From: Candidatus Bathyarchaeota archaeon
GTDB taxonomy: Archaea; Thermoproteota; Bathyarchaeia; Bathyarchaeales; Bathycorpusculaceae
Length of the DNA: 64,000 nt
Direction of reading: 5' to 3'
Assembly (NCBI GenBank): GCA_963826715.1
Contig: CAWGYA010000002.1
Coordinates: 224,001-288,000, forward strand
The translations under genes were made by a program, and so were the position numbers. A model generated the notes under the pieces. The model had not been told where the DNA came from. It worked only from the letters and a program-made list of their open reading frames with translations, and ran no database searches. Shown piece by piece: positions 1-10,757 of the stretch; position 1 is the first letter of the stretch; every line of letters starts with the position of its first letter.

Positions 1-1924
1 CGCTCGGCACCTTGCATTCGAAACTCATTATTGGTTCAAGCAGTTTGGGGTCAGTGAGTAAGATTACGCAATAGATTGGTCTCCAAGTCATTGGGATTGC
101 CTGAGCAGGACCGCGGTGGACTGGGTCTTCGTGCAGGGTTATGTCTTCAAGGTTAATCTTTAAGCCATAAGCTGGTTCTTTAGCCAAGGGAGAAGTATGA
201 ACTGCTTCACGGAACCCAGTTTTTATGTGATCAATGATTTCTTCAACGTATTGGCGTCCGCGTATACGGTTAACGAGGATGTTGTTTTCTTCAACTGCCA
301 CAGCGCCTTTGGCTTCGTCAGGGGCCCAGCCAAATCCACGTAAAATCCTTGTGCGTTCGTCCTTGCTTTGCATGTCAGTTATTTTCTCTGATCTGATGGC
401 TTCGATTACTTCATCGCTGAGTTTTTCTATGGTTATCCAGAGTTTGTTGTGTTTGTTAGGGCTTTTACCCATTATTGCTGGACCCTTATAGTCGTGGCTG
501 ATTGTTTCTCTGAAAATGACAATAGGTTTGCTGAGTTTAACTTTTAGACCCGCTTCTTGCATACGATAAGCAGTGATTTCAAGGTGGAGTTCACCCATTC
601 CACTGAGGAGGAATTCTCCACTTTCTTTGTTCATGGTGAAATGTAGGTTGGGGTCTTCTGTAGTAAGTTTATGCATAACTTTGTCGAATAGTGGCAGATC
701 TTTGACGTCTTCTGGTTCAACAGCTACAGTAACGACTGGGTCAGACACATATCGCAGACCTTCAAAGCTGTGAACTTCAATGCCTGCTTCTGCAACTGTT
801 TCTCCTACGTGTAATGCTGGCAACCCTGAGATAGCACCTATATTTCCGGCTGGAACACGGTCAATGAAAACTCGATCAGTTGCCATACTCATGAAAACCT
901 GTTGTATGACTCCTTTTGAGTTGCCGCTGACTAACTGTACTTCTTTACCTTTGGTGATTGAGCCACTAAAGATTCTGCCAATGGCTACTGTACCACTGTG
1001 GGGGTCTACTTCGATGGTAGATATGCACATCAAGAGTGGAGCGTTTGGATCAACTTTCGCCATACCTAAACCGACTGGACTTTCGGGGTCGCCTGGCCAA
1101 ATCTGTGGCTGCCTGTAGGGTTGAGCCTCGTATGGATTAGGTAGGTGTTGGCAAAACATGTCGAGTATTGGGTCGGGCAATGGTGCCTTTTTACTAAGTT
1201 CATCAACTTTTCTTCCGACGTCAGCTGGCTCTCCGCTATATGCGTCAATAATGTCTTGGAAACTAACTTTCTTTAGTTTCATGTGATCTAGGTTTAATCC
1301 CCATTTATGTAGGGCTGATCCGAATGCGACACGGCTATCTTCTATTTTTACCTGCCAGTCTTGCTTGTGTTCAACTGGAGCGTATTTCTCAATTAAAGTG
1401 TTGACTCGCAATAGAATCTTTGCAAATTTTTTCTGAATTTCTGCTGGAGTTAATTTGATTTCTTTGATTAATCGATCGACTTTGTTGATAAATAGAAGCG
1501 GTTTGACACGTTCACGGAGTGCTTGCATCAAGACCGTTTCGGTTTGAGTCATTGGTCCTTCGACAGCATCCACGACGACAAGTGCTCCGTCAACAGCACG
1601 TAGGCTTCGTGTGACGGCACCTGAGAAATCTATGTGTCCAGGTGTGTCGATGAGATTAATGAGGTAATCTTGTTTATCAAATGTGTGAACTAGGCTGACG
1701 TTTGATGCGAAAACAGTCATTTGCCTTTTTTGTTCAAGGTCCCAGCTGTCGAGGAAGAGTTTTTGACCTGCGGTTTGGGTACTGATGATACCTGCGTGTG
1801 CTAGAAGGCTGTCGGATAGAGTGGTCTTGCCGTGGTCAACATGAGCAATAATGCTGGTGTTACGAATAATTTTTGGGTTATCCATTAATCTTACTATTTC
1901 GTCTGTTTGTCTATATCGCGCCAT
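1..1924 (-). CDS. fusA: Elongation factor 2 family GTPase, probably the divergent paralog aEF-2p; 3' end lies outside the window
   Basis: Absent from the ORF track. Manual translation from ATG 1924 gives MARYRQTDEIVRLM..AHVDHGKTTLSDSLL (G1), DTPGHIDF (G3), FINKVD (G4), GMGELHLE and HEDPVHRGPAQ (diphthamide loop). Confidence 0.93.
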   Translation of the reverse strand, partial: MARYRQTDEIVRLMDNPKIIRNTSIIAHVDHGKTTLSDSLLAHAGIISTQTAGQKLFLDSWDLEQKRQMTVFASNVSLVHTFDKQDYLINLIDTPGHIDFSGAVTRSLRAVDGALVVVDAVEGPMTQTETVLMQALRERVKPLLFINKVDRLIKEIKLTPAEIQKKFAKILLRVNTLIEKYAPVEHKQDWQVKIEDSRVAFGSALHKWGLNLDHMKLKKVSFQDIIDAYSGEPADVGRKVDELSKKAPLPDPILDMFCQHLPNPYEAQPYRQPQIWPGDPESPVGLGMAKVDPNAPLLMCISTIEVDPHSGTVAIGRIFSGSITKGKEVQLVSGNSKGVIQQVFMSMATDRVFIDRVPAGNIGAISGLPALHVGETVAEAGIEVHSFEGLRYVSDPVVTVAVEPEDVKDLPLFDKVMHKLTTEDPNLHFTMNKESGEFLLSGMGELHLEITAYRMQEAGLKVKLSKPIVIFRETISHDYKGPAIMGKSPNKHNKLWITIEKLSDEVIEAIRSEKITDMQSKDERTRILRGFGWAPDEAKGAVAVEENNILVNRIRGRQYVEEIIDHIKTGFREAVHTSPLAKEPAYGLKINLEDITLHEDPVHRGPAQAIPMTWRPIYCVILLTDPKLLEPIMSFECKVPS

Positions 1925-2557
1925 AAATTATGTTCTCCATTTTACGTGTAATTCACTTTTAATGCTTGTTTATTGATTATTTGAAGCATCATGTTATTCT
2001 CTCGTGAAATTGGTAAACTACCAGGGAAATTGAGTTTGTAGCCTATTAACTTTATGGCATTATATTCTTAAATAATTGAATATCACACAACCGCATATCC
2101 TTTGCCGTCAAGACTCCACTTCAGCTTTGTTTTTGGCATTCACAGCTGTTTTCACGGGATTTAAGCGCCTTAATTGCAGCTGGTTGAACTTTGCAAGTTA
2201 TTAAACTGGCGTTTCAAAAAGAATTAAAATTATTTTCCAATTTTTTATTACCAAAAAAGAAGAAAGCCCAATGCACGGGAAATCTTTTGCATTCAATAAT
2301 AGCCTTTGAGCAATCGTTTTCCCGGTTAAAAAGGGGGTTTTACCCGATTAGTTTAAATGTTACATTCTACCTTAAGGCAAAAATAATCTATAATAACAGC
2401 ACCATTGCTGATGCTGAGGATTTCAAATGCGTCATAAAATAGTTTCAATGCATAGGCAATACTTATTGGTCCACAACTCTTTAGCTTCAGTCAGCTACAT
2501 TTATCGCTGGGATCACCCATAAATTATTGGCCTCACAGGATTTTGGCGGTATAAAAT

Positions 2558-5332
2558 TTGGAAAAAGCTGCATCTAATCCAATTGAAAAGGTTTTCGAAG
2601 ACCTAAAAACATCGCCGGAAGGCTTAACAAGCCAAGAGGCTAAACTGCGCCTCAAAAATTATGGCTACAACAAACTCTCCGAGCGCCGTCAGCTTCCATT
2701 TATAAACAAGTTCGTTAAACATCTTAGAGATTTATTTGGCATACTTCTGCTGGTAGCAGCTGTATTATCCTTCATAAGTTCTCCAGACAATCCATCATTG
2801 GGATTAATCATTCTCGGAGTGGTTTTTGTTAACGTTTTTGTCAGCATTTTCCAAGAATCCCGAGCTGAAAAGGCAATGGCAACCCTGAAAAGTTGGATGC
2901 CTGAATTTGCCAAAATAATGCGGGATGGAGAACTAAAGAAAATTTCAGTCCGCGAAATCGTTCCAGGAGACATCATATATCTTGAAGAGGGCGACCAAGT
3001 TCCAGCGGATGCACGATTAATTGAAACATTCGATTTATGGACAAACAATGTGCCGTTGACTGGAGAATCTGAGCCTCAGCCCCGTTCAGCTGAAACCGTA
3101 AAAACCGTTGAAAAAGCCTACCTGTATTCACCCAACCTTGCGTTCATGAGCACCAGTGTGGCTAAAGGACAGGGAAAAGCAGTCGCCTACGCCACAGGCA
3201 TGGGCACACAATTTGGCAGAATTGCCAGTCTAACACAGACCATCCAGGAGGAAGATAGTCCCCTTCAAAAAGAAATCGGGTTGATGGCAAAATACGATTT
3301 CTTTATTGCCTTAGCTGTTGGCGCCATTTTCTTTTTAGCAAGCTTTCTTTTTCTACACGTTCCCTTCAGCAATAGTATATTCTTCATGATTGGCGTCATG
3401 GTCTGCTGTGTCCCTGAGGGTTTGCAGGTCACTGTTTCCAGCGCGTTAGCCATTAACGTGCTCAAAATGGTTAAGCAAAATGTTCTGGTTAAGCGTCTCT
3501 CATCCGTGCAGACATTGGGCAGCGTAACCGTAATTTGCACAGATAAAACAGGCACCATAACCAAGGGAGAAATGACAGTTAACAAGCTCTGGGTGAAGAA
3601 CCGCGTCATCGAAGTGTCGGGTTTAGGTTACATGCCAGTAGGTGACTTCACCATAAACGGACAACCACTAAGGGAAAGCGAAACAAAATCTCTCGATAAA
3701 CTACTCGAAATCGCGGCTCTCTGTAACGGCGCAAAGGTTGACCCCCCCTCTGACCGAAACAACAATTGGAGCGTCATCGGCGACCCAACAGACGGTGCTT
3801 TGCTTGTAGCCGCCTTGAAGTATGGGCAAAACATTGACGAGATCATCGCTGAGAAGCCCACAATCAATATTTTGCCGTTTAGCTTTGAACGAAAACGCAT
3901 GAGCACCGTTCATGCCCTCAACGGCGATACATTGATTTACACTAAAGGAGCGCCGAGAGTTATATTGGAGCTCTGTAAACGCGTGTTCATAGACGGTAAA
4001 GAAGATCCGCTGACGCAGGAAATTTTAGATGAGATAGAAGCAAAAATCCACGAATTCGCCACCGAGGGCCTGCGAGTGATCGCTATGTCGTACAATCGTA
4101 TGCCTAAAGGTACCTACCATAAAGGCGATGACGTCGAAAAAGAACTGGTTTTCGTTGGGTTAGCGGCCATGCGTGACCCGCCAAGGATGGAAGTTAAAGA
4201 TGCTGTCCTTAAAGCGAAAGCAGCGGGAATCAAAACAGTCATAATCACAGGCGACTACGGCCCAACCGCGGAGGTTATCGCACAGGAAGTTGGCATCGTC
4301 GAGAAAGGCGCCTGTAAAATCATCCGTGGCGTTGACCTTGAAGAGCTAAATGACCAAGCGATTTTTGACGAAGTCAAAAATGGAAATGTAATTTTCGCAA
4401 GAGTTTCTCCAGAACAGAAACTTCACATAGTCAAAGTGATAAAGAAAAGTGGCGAAATCGTGGCAGTCACAGGAGACGGAGCCAACGATGCGCCCTCGCT
4501 CAAAGAAGCCGACATAGGCGTAGCAATGGGCGCGTCTGGTACAGATGTGGCTCGGGAAGCCGCAGACATGGTCTTGCTAAATGACAGCTTTGCCTCCATA
4601 GTGAGGGCGGTAGAGTCAGGTAGAGCTATCTATGAAAACATTCGTAAATTCATTGTTTACGTATTCACACACAACTGGGCACAGTTAGTTCCATATGTAC
4701 TCTATGCTGTACTTGCGATTCCGCTGCCACTGCTGGTGGTACAAATCTTATCCATTGACCTAGCCATTGATGTTGTCCCTTCGCTAGCGCTGAGTCGTGA
4801 ACCACCCGAAACAGGAATTATGGAGGAACCACCAAGAAGCGTCAAAGAAAGACTGTTCACACGTGGAGTTTTTCTACGTTCACTCTACATTGGCTTAATC
4901 ATTGCTGCATTTTCAATGTATGGCTGCATTAGCACTTGGATGGCTGGCGGCTGGGAATTCGGAATGCAACTCGCAGCAAATGACCCTGTTTACATCAAAG
5001 GGGTTACGATGACGTTCGCCGGTATCGTGCTTGGTCAAGTAGGAAACGTGCTTTCCTGCAGAACAAGCAAGCAATCTATCTTTAAAACAAGTATAGCTAA
5101 GAACAAATGGATAATCGTAGGCATCATAGCACAGCTTTCAATCATATCCGTCCTAGTATATGTTCCGCTGATGCAAACATTCTTTGGAACCACAGCACTC
5201 GGAATTACAGACTGGTTGTACCTGCTCATGATTACGTTTGCAGTGATTTTCGCCGAGGAAGCCCGCAAATTTGTGGTGCGTAAATTCTTCACTAAAAAAG
5301 GAGAAGATATAACCAAACACGACCACACCTAA
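2558..5332 (+). CDS. Type II cation-transporting P-type ATPase
   Basis: Motifs TGES, PEGL, DKTGT, KGAP, DPPR, TGD and GDGANDAP; about 10 hydrophobic segments. Confidence 0.95.
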   Translation: MEKAASNPIEKVFEDLKTSPEGLTSQEAKLRLKNYGYNKLSERRQLPFINKFVKHLRDLFGILLLVAAVLSFISSPDNPSLGLIILGVVFVNVFVSIFQESRAEKAMATLKSWMPEFAKIMRDGELKKISVREIVPGDIIYLEEGDQVPADARLIETFDLWTNNVPLTGESEPQPRSAETVKTVEKAYLYSPNLAFMSTSVAKGQGKAVAYATGMGTQFGRIASLTQTIQEEDSPLQKEIGLMAKYDFFIALAVGAIFFLASFLFLHVPFSNSIFFMIGVMVCCVPEGLQVTVSSALAINVLKMVKQNVLVKRLSSVQTLGSVTVICTDKTGTITKGEMTVNKLWVKNRVIEVSGLGYMPVGDFTINGQPLRESETKSLDKLLEIAALCNGAKVDPPSDRNNNWSVIGDPTDGALLVAALKYGQNIDEIIAEKPTINILPFSFERKRMSTVHALNGDTLIYTKGAPRVILELCKRVFIDGKEDPLTQEILDEIEAKIHEFATEGLRVIAMSYNRMPKGTYHKGDDVEKELVFVGLAAMRDPPRMEVKDAVLKAKAAGIKTVIITGDYGPTAEVIAQEVGIVEKGACKIIRGVDLEELNDQAIFDEVKNGNVIFARVSPEQKLHIVKVIKKSGEIVAVTGDGANDAPSLKEADIGVAMGASGTDVAREAADMVLLNDSFASIVRAVESGRAIYENIRKFIVYVFTHNWAQLVPYVLYAVLAIPLPLLVVQILSIDLAIDVVPSLALSREPPETGIMEEPPRSVKERLFTRGVFLRSLYIGLIIAAFSMYGCISTWMAGGWEFGMQLAANDPVYIKGVTMTFAGIVLGQVGNVLSCRTSKQSIFKTSIAKNKWIIVGIIAQLSIISVLVYVPLMQTFFGTTALGITDWLYLLMITFAVIFAEEARKFVVRKFFTKKGEDITKHDHT

Positions 5333-5495
5333 TCTCCACTGCAAAAATTGGATATTCCTTAAAGCAAAACGGTAGCAAACAAATCACATGACCATAAATA
5401 GAGAAGGCTATAAAAAAACAAATTTCATGTGGCTTCTGGGCTAGAAATTTAAGTTAGCAATACACATTAAAAAGGCATCCAGATAGTGAATTGCT

Positions 5496-6398
5496 ATGCC
5501 ATACGACAGGGAAGAACTCGAAAAATTCCGCCTCTCAGGCAAGATTCTGCGCGAAACACGCGAGGAAATGCGCGGCTACGTTGAAGAAAATATGTTAATA
5601 ATTGATGTATGCGAAAAAACAGAGAATTTAATTCGAGAAAAAGGCGGCACCCCTGCATTCCCAACCAACGTAAGCATAAATGAAGTTGCTGCGCACTATA
5701 CTGCAATTCCCAACGATACTTCGACCATTCCCATTGGCTCCACTGTAAAAATAGATATAGGTGTTCACGTTGACGGCTATGTCACTGATACGGCATTCAC
5801 AATTGCCTTTAATCCTGAAGGAAAAGCTATGATATTGACAGCTGAGCTCGCCCTGAAAACAGTTATTGATAATATTCACGGGGACATGACGCTGGGCGAT
5901 TTAGGGGTATTGGCGGAAAAAACTATCAAAAACCGCGGATTCAAACCTATAAGCAATCTAACTGGGCACAGTGTTGGGCGCTATCTCATTCACGCAGGCA
6001 TATCTATTCCAAGCGTATCAGGGTTTAATCCTCATAAGGTGAAAACAGGCGAAGTTTACGCAATCGAACCTTTCGTTACATTACCAGATGCTATTGGGAG
6101 AGTTGATGATAGCCCACAGACCACTATCTACCGCTACTTGAAAGCAAAATCTCTCAAAACTGCCCAATCAAAAAAACTTGCTAAGCACATCGAAGGAAAA
6201 TTTCGAACATTACCATTTGCGGAGCGTTGGTTACTGGGAATTGTGCCTGATGAGCAGCATAAATCAGCTTTTAATGAGTTGCTTAAATCAAAATCAATCA
6301 TGAGTTACCCAGTTTTTATAGAAGCCAGCCGAAAACCTGTCGCTCAGGCTGAACATACAATGTTAATAAAAGAGGATGGATGTGAAGTTTTGACCTAA
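5496..6398 (+). CDS. map: Methionine aminopeptidase type II
   Basis: AAHYT, KIDIGVHVDGYVTDTA, NLTGH, AIEPF and AQAEHT, with the archaeal helical insert. Confidence 0.95.
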   Translation: MPYDREELEKFRLSGKILRETREEMRGYVEENMLIIDVCEKTENLIREKGGTPAFPTNVSINEVAAHYTAIPNDTSTIPIGSTVKIDIGVHVDGYVTDTAFTIAFNPEGKAMILTAELALKTVIDNIHGDMTLGDLGVLAEKTIKNRGFKPISNLTGHSVGRYLIHAGISIPSVSGFNPHKVKTGEVYAIEPFVTLPDAIGRVDDSPQTTIYRYLKAKSLKTAQSKKLAKHIEGKFRTLPFAERWLLGIVPDEQHKSAFNELLKSKSIMSYPVFIEASRKPVAQAEHTMLIKEDGCEVLT

Positions 6399-6401
6399 CG
6401 C

Positions 6402-6848
6402 TTAGACGGCGTAGGTTTTTTCTTTTTCTTTGACTTCTTTGAAGATAGCAGTTATCATTTGTTTTCCGTTGCATTTTTGGCATGGAACATCGAGGTCTTT
6501 AAAGACGTAGTCGCCACGCTGGAATTCACGCACTGTTTTGTAGTTGCAATCTTTGTTTTGACATTCGATTGTGGTCATTACCTTGGGAATTTCAATTTTC
6601 ACCTGAGCTGATTGCCTCCTTGATTGGTAAAGAAGGAACAATGACATTGCCATGGCGATTACGCCTATGCCTCCAAGAATCATTGCTGCCAACTGGTCCC
6701 CTTCCACAACGTAGGTTTCAAAGGCAATGAAGATAGCAACGACGGAAAGCGCCATTACTACCAGTACAATCATCGTCAGATAACTGGAGATTTTTTTGTT
6801 TGCAGATGAAGCTGAGTTTTGGGGTTGAGTCATATTAAACATCCTCAT
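6402..6848 (-). CDS. Membrane protein with two TM helices and a C-terminal Zn ribbon
   Basis: Two hydrophobic helices, then CxxxxC..REFQRGDYVFK..CxxC; abuts the DUF1512 gene. Confidence 0.75.
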   Translation of the reverse strand: MRMFNMTQPQNSASSANKKISSYLTMIVLVVMALSVVAIFIAFETYVVEGDQLAAMILGGIGVIAMAMSLFLLYQSRRQSAQVKIEIPKVMTTIECQNKDCNYKTVREFQRGDYVFKDLDVPCQKCNGKQMITAIFKEVKEKEKTYAV

Positions 6849-7957
6849 TATTGGCCCACTCCGATAGAGTTGCCTACACCAACGATAATGACTGTATCGC
6901 CTTCTTTGGTGCGTTCTTTAACGACATCTCTTACTCTGTCTATGACTTTGTCGACGGCGTCGTTGATTTCTCTTCGCATAGGCGAAACAGCGTCACCAAT
7001 GTCCTCTTTAACTATCACAGCATAGAGAGGAATGTTGTACTTTGTGACTTTCTCTTCAATCTTGAATTGGTCAACTCCTGGTCCGCCGATGGCTGCGCCG
7101 ATACCTTCAGCAACTTCACCGACCAACTCACCTTCGAGCTTAAGTCCAGCATCTATCATGATTACACTGGAGATTTTGCCCTTGTTTTCCTCGATGACAG
7201 TTTCAATTGCTTCGCCCGGCTTTCCTACGTTTCCACCTGGACCTTCTGCTTTGAGGACAAGCGCGGTGCGACCTTCAAAAGGTACAGTGGCAACCACGCA
7301 ATCCTTGGGAACTTTGCGAACTTCGAAACCATGCATGAGCTTAGATGCAATTAGGGGTCCAACTCCATCTCCGATGGGTTGACCATAAGCGAAGGCTTTT
7401 AATGCGCTTGAGTAAGCTTCAGCTTCTTTCATCACCATCGGCAAAATCATTTGCAGTTGCATAATTACATAGAGGCTGAGAGTTTTTTTGCCTTGGATAT
7501 AATAGTGGCGCACGACTTTGTAGATATAATTGAGCGCCATCGCGGCTTCCAGCGTATTTTCTAAGTTGTTAATTTGGATTTCGTTTGATGCCACTTCGGG
7601 CGCCATGAGCCTCACTTCTTCTTTTAGGCGTTCATCTCTAATATCTAAGATGTGGTCGAGCTTATTCACTATACCAGCTGGATCCATAGTTTGGGGACCG
7701 ATGGTAAAGTATTCTAGATATCGATCAACTCGTGCGGTGGGGTCTGTCGTCGGTTTTCCTATTTCCTTGAGGGTTTCTATGGCTGTTTTTTTGCCTTCGT
7801 CTTTTATGACGCGTAGTTTATGTAGCGAATTCTCAACTTCACGGACCATCACATACATTTGTATGCGTTGACCGTAGAAGATGAAAACTATAAAGAACAC
7901 ATACATGCCTAAACTGATAATTTGACTTATGGAGTCGCTTCCGGGAATCAAACTCAA
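6848..7957 (-). CDS. DUF1512 family protein
   Basis: GQPIGDGVGP, KAEGPGGNVG, IDAGLKLEGE..G.GAAIGGPG and GVGNSIGVGQ. Confidence 0.85.
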   Translation of the reverse strand: MSLIPGSDSISQIISLGMYVFFIVFIFYGQRIQMYVMVREVENSLHKLRVIKDEGKKTAIETLKEIGKPTTDPTARVDRYLEYFTIGPQTMDPAGIVNKLDHILDIRDERLKEEVRLMAPEVASNEIQINNLENTLEAAMALNYIYKVVRHYYIQGKKTLSLYVIMQLQMILPMVMKEAEAYSSALKAFAYGQPIGDGVGPLIASKLMHGFEVRKVPKDCVVATVPFEGRTALVLKAEGPGGNVGKPGEAIETVIEENKGKISSVIMIDAGLKLEGELVGEVAEGIGAAIGGPGVDQFKIEEKVTKYNIPLYAVIVKEDIGDAVSPMRREINDAVDKVIDRVRDVVKERTKEGDTVIIVGVGNSIGVGQ

Positions 7958-8043
7958 TCTTAAACACCACTTCTTTTCAAAAACTCTCTCTGCTTAGTTA
8001 TAAAGATATGCTATATCTCATCATGTTTGAATTGGGAAAAGTA

Positions 8044-8165
8044 GGTTGCCAGCTTTCCCAGGTTCACGTGGCCTAAGACCACACTACAGCTGGAAACGGA
8101 ACACGGTTTAACTTCTGAGTTCGGTATGGGATCAGGTGGAACCCGCGCCCTTTGACCGGCAAACC
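8044..8165 (-). rRNA. rrf: 5S rRNA, not linked to 16S/23S in this window
   Basis: Reverse complement reads GGTTTGCCGGTC...CACCTGATCCCATACCGAACTCAGAAGTTAAAC...GCTGGCAACC. The terminal helix pairs, the CCGAAC loop is conserved, and the length is about 122 nt. Confidence 0.95.
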
Positions 8166-8652
8166 TAAAACCTAACTGTTAGGCATCTCCTTATATACCT
8201 TTAGTTTTTCTGTTGCTGTTTTCAGTGGAAAATCAATGATTTTGACAATACTAATGTTTGTTAACAGAATATCAGACAAAATTCTGATTGTTGCGTCTTT
8301 CCGACACGTTTTTCTTCAGTCCCATTTACTTTAATCGAAGCGTTCCGTCTTTTTGAAGAGCTAAATCTCAAGTTATATAAAAGTAGGCAACGTGCCTGCC
8401 TGACTTTTTATTCATTCAAAGCTTAGTATTTTTTGTGTTATCTGGGGGGTAGCAAATCGCTGTTAGATAAGAGTTTGTTTCGGATTGAATCTAAACATCT
8501 GCAACATATATTAGACGACAATTAAGGATAAGTGTTATTTCCTAAAGATAGTTATTATCAGAGCGAAATATGCTTTTTTAACGAAAACTGCCTGCAACTA
8601 CCAGAACTCTAATAGGTGATAATGTTTTTCATAGCACCCGGGAGCTTCATAA

Positions 8653-9870
8653 ATGTCAAATGAGGAAAGCTACGTCGCAGATTTTCCCTCAGAAGTCATT
8701 AAAGAAGGCAGAGTACAAGTTTTAGTTCCAGACCTTACGGCTTATGGAGTTGTTCCCAGTGATTATGCACCCTCTAAAGCGCCAGTTTTCTATAACCCCG
8801 TCATGGAGTTCAATCGTGATCTATCAGTTTTAGCCTTCTGCGCTTACCAAAAGATGGTTAATCATGAACTCCGAATCTGCGAGCCTCTGACAAGCCAAGG
8901 CATCCGTGGCATCCGCTATGCAGCAGAAGTCCCAGATGTGAGTGAGGTTCATTTAAGCGACGTTAGTATCAAAGCCTGTGAGTTAGCCCACCACAACATT
9001 GAATTAAATCAGCTACAGGATAAGATAACACTGAAAAACAGTGACGCGAATCTAACCTTAAGTAACAATGCCTCGCCTAAAAAACGATTTGACATTATCG
9101 ACATAGACCCCTTTGGCACGCCAGCGCCTTATTTGGATTCTGCGTTTCGTGCTCTGAAAAATAAGGGATTATTGGCGGCTACGGCTACGGATTTGGCGCC
9201 TCTGTGCGGGGTTCATGCTAAAGCTTGCTTGCGCAAATATGGTGGCAAGCCGTTGCGCACAGAATATTGTCATGAGTTGGCTGTTCGGCTTCTGGCGGGT
9301 ACCATGGCTGTGACTGCTGCGAAATATGACATGGGCATAGAAGTTCTCTTTAGCCATAGCAGTGACCACTATATCCGAGTTTACGCCCAAATCAGTTATG
9401 GAGCTAAAAAAGGCGATGATAGCCTCAAAAACACAGGCTACATACTGCATTGTTTCAATTGTATGCACCGGGAAATAGCTCGCAGTTTATTTGGTTGCCC
9501 TACCTGTGGAGAATGTGGAGCAAAAATGGATTGGGCGGGACCATTGTGGATTGGCAAAATTGCGAACGAAGGGTTCATCGAACAGATATTAGTTGAGAAT
9601 CAGAGATTATCCTTTAGAAATCAAACAAAAATCTTAAAGATTCTCACCCAGATCAAAGCCGAATCTTATGCACCAATTACCTACTATGTAATTGACAAAC
9701 TCAGTGGAAAACTTAATTTACCTGCGCCTAGCAACCAGACTTTTCTATCTGCGCTCAAGAAAGCTGACTTTGAATCGGTGCTTACCCATTTTAATCCAAG
9801 AGGCATAAAAACTGATGCGCCAGCCTTAATGATGCATAAACTACTAAGAGACTTAGCAACAAAAGAGTAG
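8653..9870 (+). CDS. trm1: tRNA (guanine26-N2)-dimethyltransferase
   Basis: VFYNPVMEFNRDLS, GIRGIRY, DIDPFGTP, TATD, CxxC..CxxC and GPLWIG. Confidence 0.95.
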   Translation: MSNEESYVADFPSEVIKEGRVQVLVPDLTAYGVVPSDYAPSKAPVFYNPVMEFNRDLSVLAFCAYQKMVNHELRICEPLTSQGIRGIRYAAEVPDVSEVHLSDVSIKACELAHHNIELNQLQDKITLKNSDANLTLSNNASPKKRFDIIDIDPFGTPAPYLDSAFRALKNKGLLAATATDLAPLCGVHAKACLRKYGGKPLRTEYCHELAVRLLAGTMAVTAAKYDMGIEVLFSHSSDHYIRVYAQISYGAKKGDDSLKNTGYILHCFNCMHREIARSLFGCPTCGECGAKMDWAGPLWIGKIANEGFIEQILVENQRLSFRNQTKILKILTQIKAESYAPITYYVIDKLSGKLNLPAPSNQTFLSALKKADFESVLTHFNPRGIKTDAPALMMHKLLRDLATKE

Positions 9871-9941
9871 CGCCTTTTAGGGCAAACAACAAAAGTTAAA
9901 AGAGCAAAACCGAGTGTTTCTAAGTTAAGTAGTGAATAGTT

Positions 9942-10748
9942 ATGAATGATAAAATCGCAGTTATCGGCGCGGGTATGATGGGCAGCGCTATTATCAAAAG
10001 TCTCAAAAAAGGCGGCTACGGCGGAAAAATTACAGCTGTAGACATCGCCGTTGAGAAGCTGAAAGAACTCGAAAAACTCGGCATATCAATATCTACTGAT
10101 AATCGCTTAGCAGCCTCTGAAGCTGACATTATCTATGTCATTGTTAAACCAGGTGATGTAGCGAAGGTTCTCAAAGAAGTTGATAAAGAGATCAAGGGTA
10201 AACTGGTCATCTCGGCTGCTGCAACCGTTCCTTTGTCGTTTCTGTGTAAAAATGCGCCTGAAGCTAAAATCGTGCGGATAATGCCTAATCTCTGCGCTAT
10301 GGTGCAGGCATCCTATACAGCGTTTTGCTGCGAAGATAACGTCACGGAAGGAGACAAACAGAAAGTAAAAACGCTTCTAGATATGATTGGTATTTGCGAC
10401 GAAGTAAATGAGAAATATATGGATGCAATAACCGCTGTCAGCGGTAGCGGACCAGGCTACATTAGCATAATCATTGAGGCACTTACCTACGCAGGCTTAA
10501 AAGTTGGATTGCCTCGAAACTTAGCTCTTAGTTGCGCCGCCCAAACTTTAATGGGCACGGGCAAATTAGTCACGGAGATGCAGCTGGAACCAGCAAAAAT
10601 CAAGGATATGACAACAACTCCTGGCGGAACAACAATTGAAGCAATTTACCAACTGGAACAAAGTCGAATCCGCCCAGCCATGATACGCGCTATTGAGGAA
10701 GCCACCAAAAAAAGCGAAGCCATTCGAGACAAACTCAAACTTACTTAA
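9942..10748 (+). CDS. proC: Pyrroline-5-carboxylate reductase
   Basis: IGAGMMG, VKP, RIMPN, TAVSGSGP and TPGGTT. Confidence 0.95.
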   Translation: MNDKIAVIGAGMMGSAIIKSLKKGGYGGKITAVDIAVEKLKELEKLGISISTDNRLAASEADIIYVIVKPGDVAKVLKEVDKEIKGKLVISAAATVPLSFLCKNAPEAKIVRIMPNLCAMVQASYTAFCCEDNVTEGDKQKVKTLLDMIGICDEVNEKYMDAITAVSGSGPGYISIIIEALTYAGLKVGLPRNLALSCAAQTLMGTGKLVTEMQLEPAKIKDMTTTPGGTTIEAIYQLEQSRIRPAMIRAIEEATKKSEAIRDKLKLT

Positions 10749-10757
10749 GGGTCTACT

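Noticed and set aside
234-1248. Four short ORF-track calls
   Set aside because: They are antisense or off-frame shadows of the EF-2-like gene.
2191-2442. 83-aa ORF upstream of the ATPase
   Set aside because: AT-rich promoter-like DNA with no recognisable motif.
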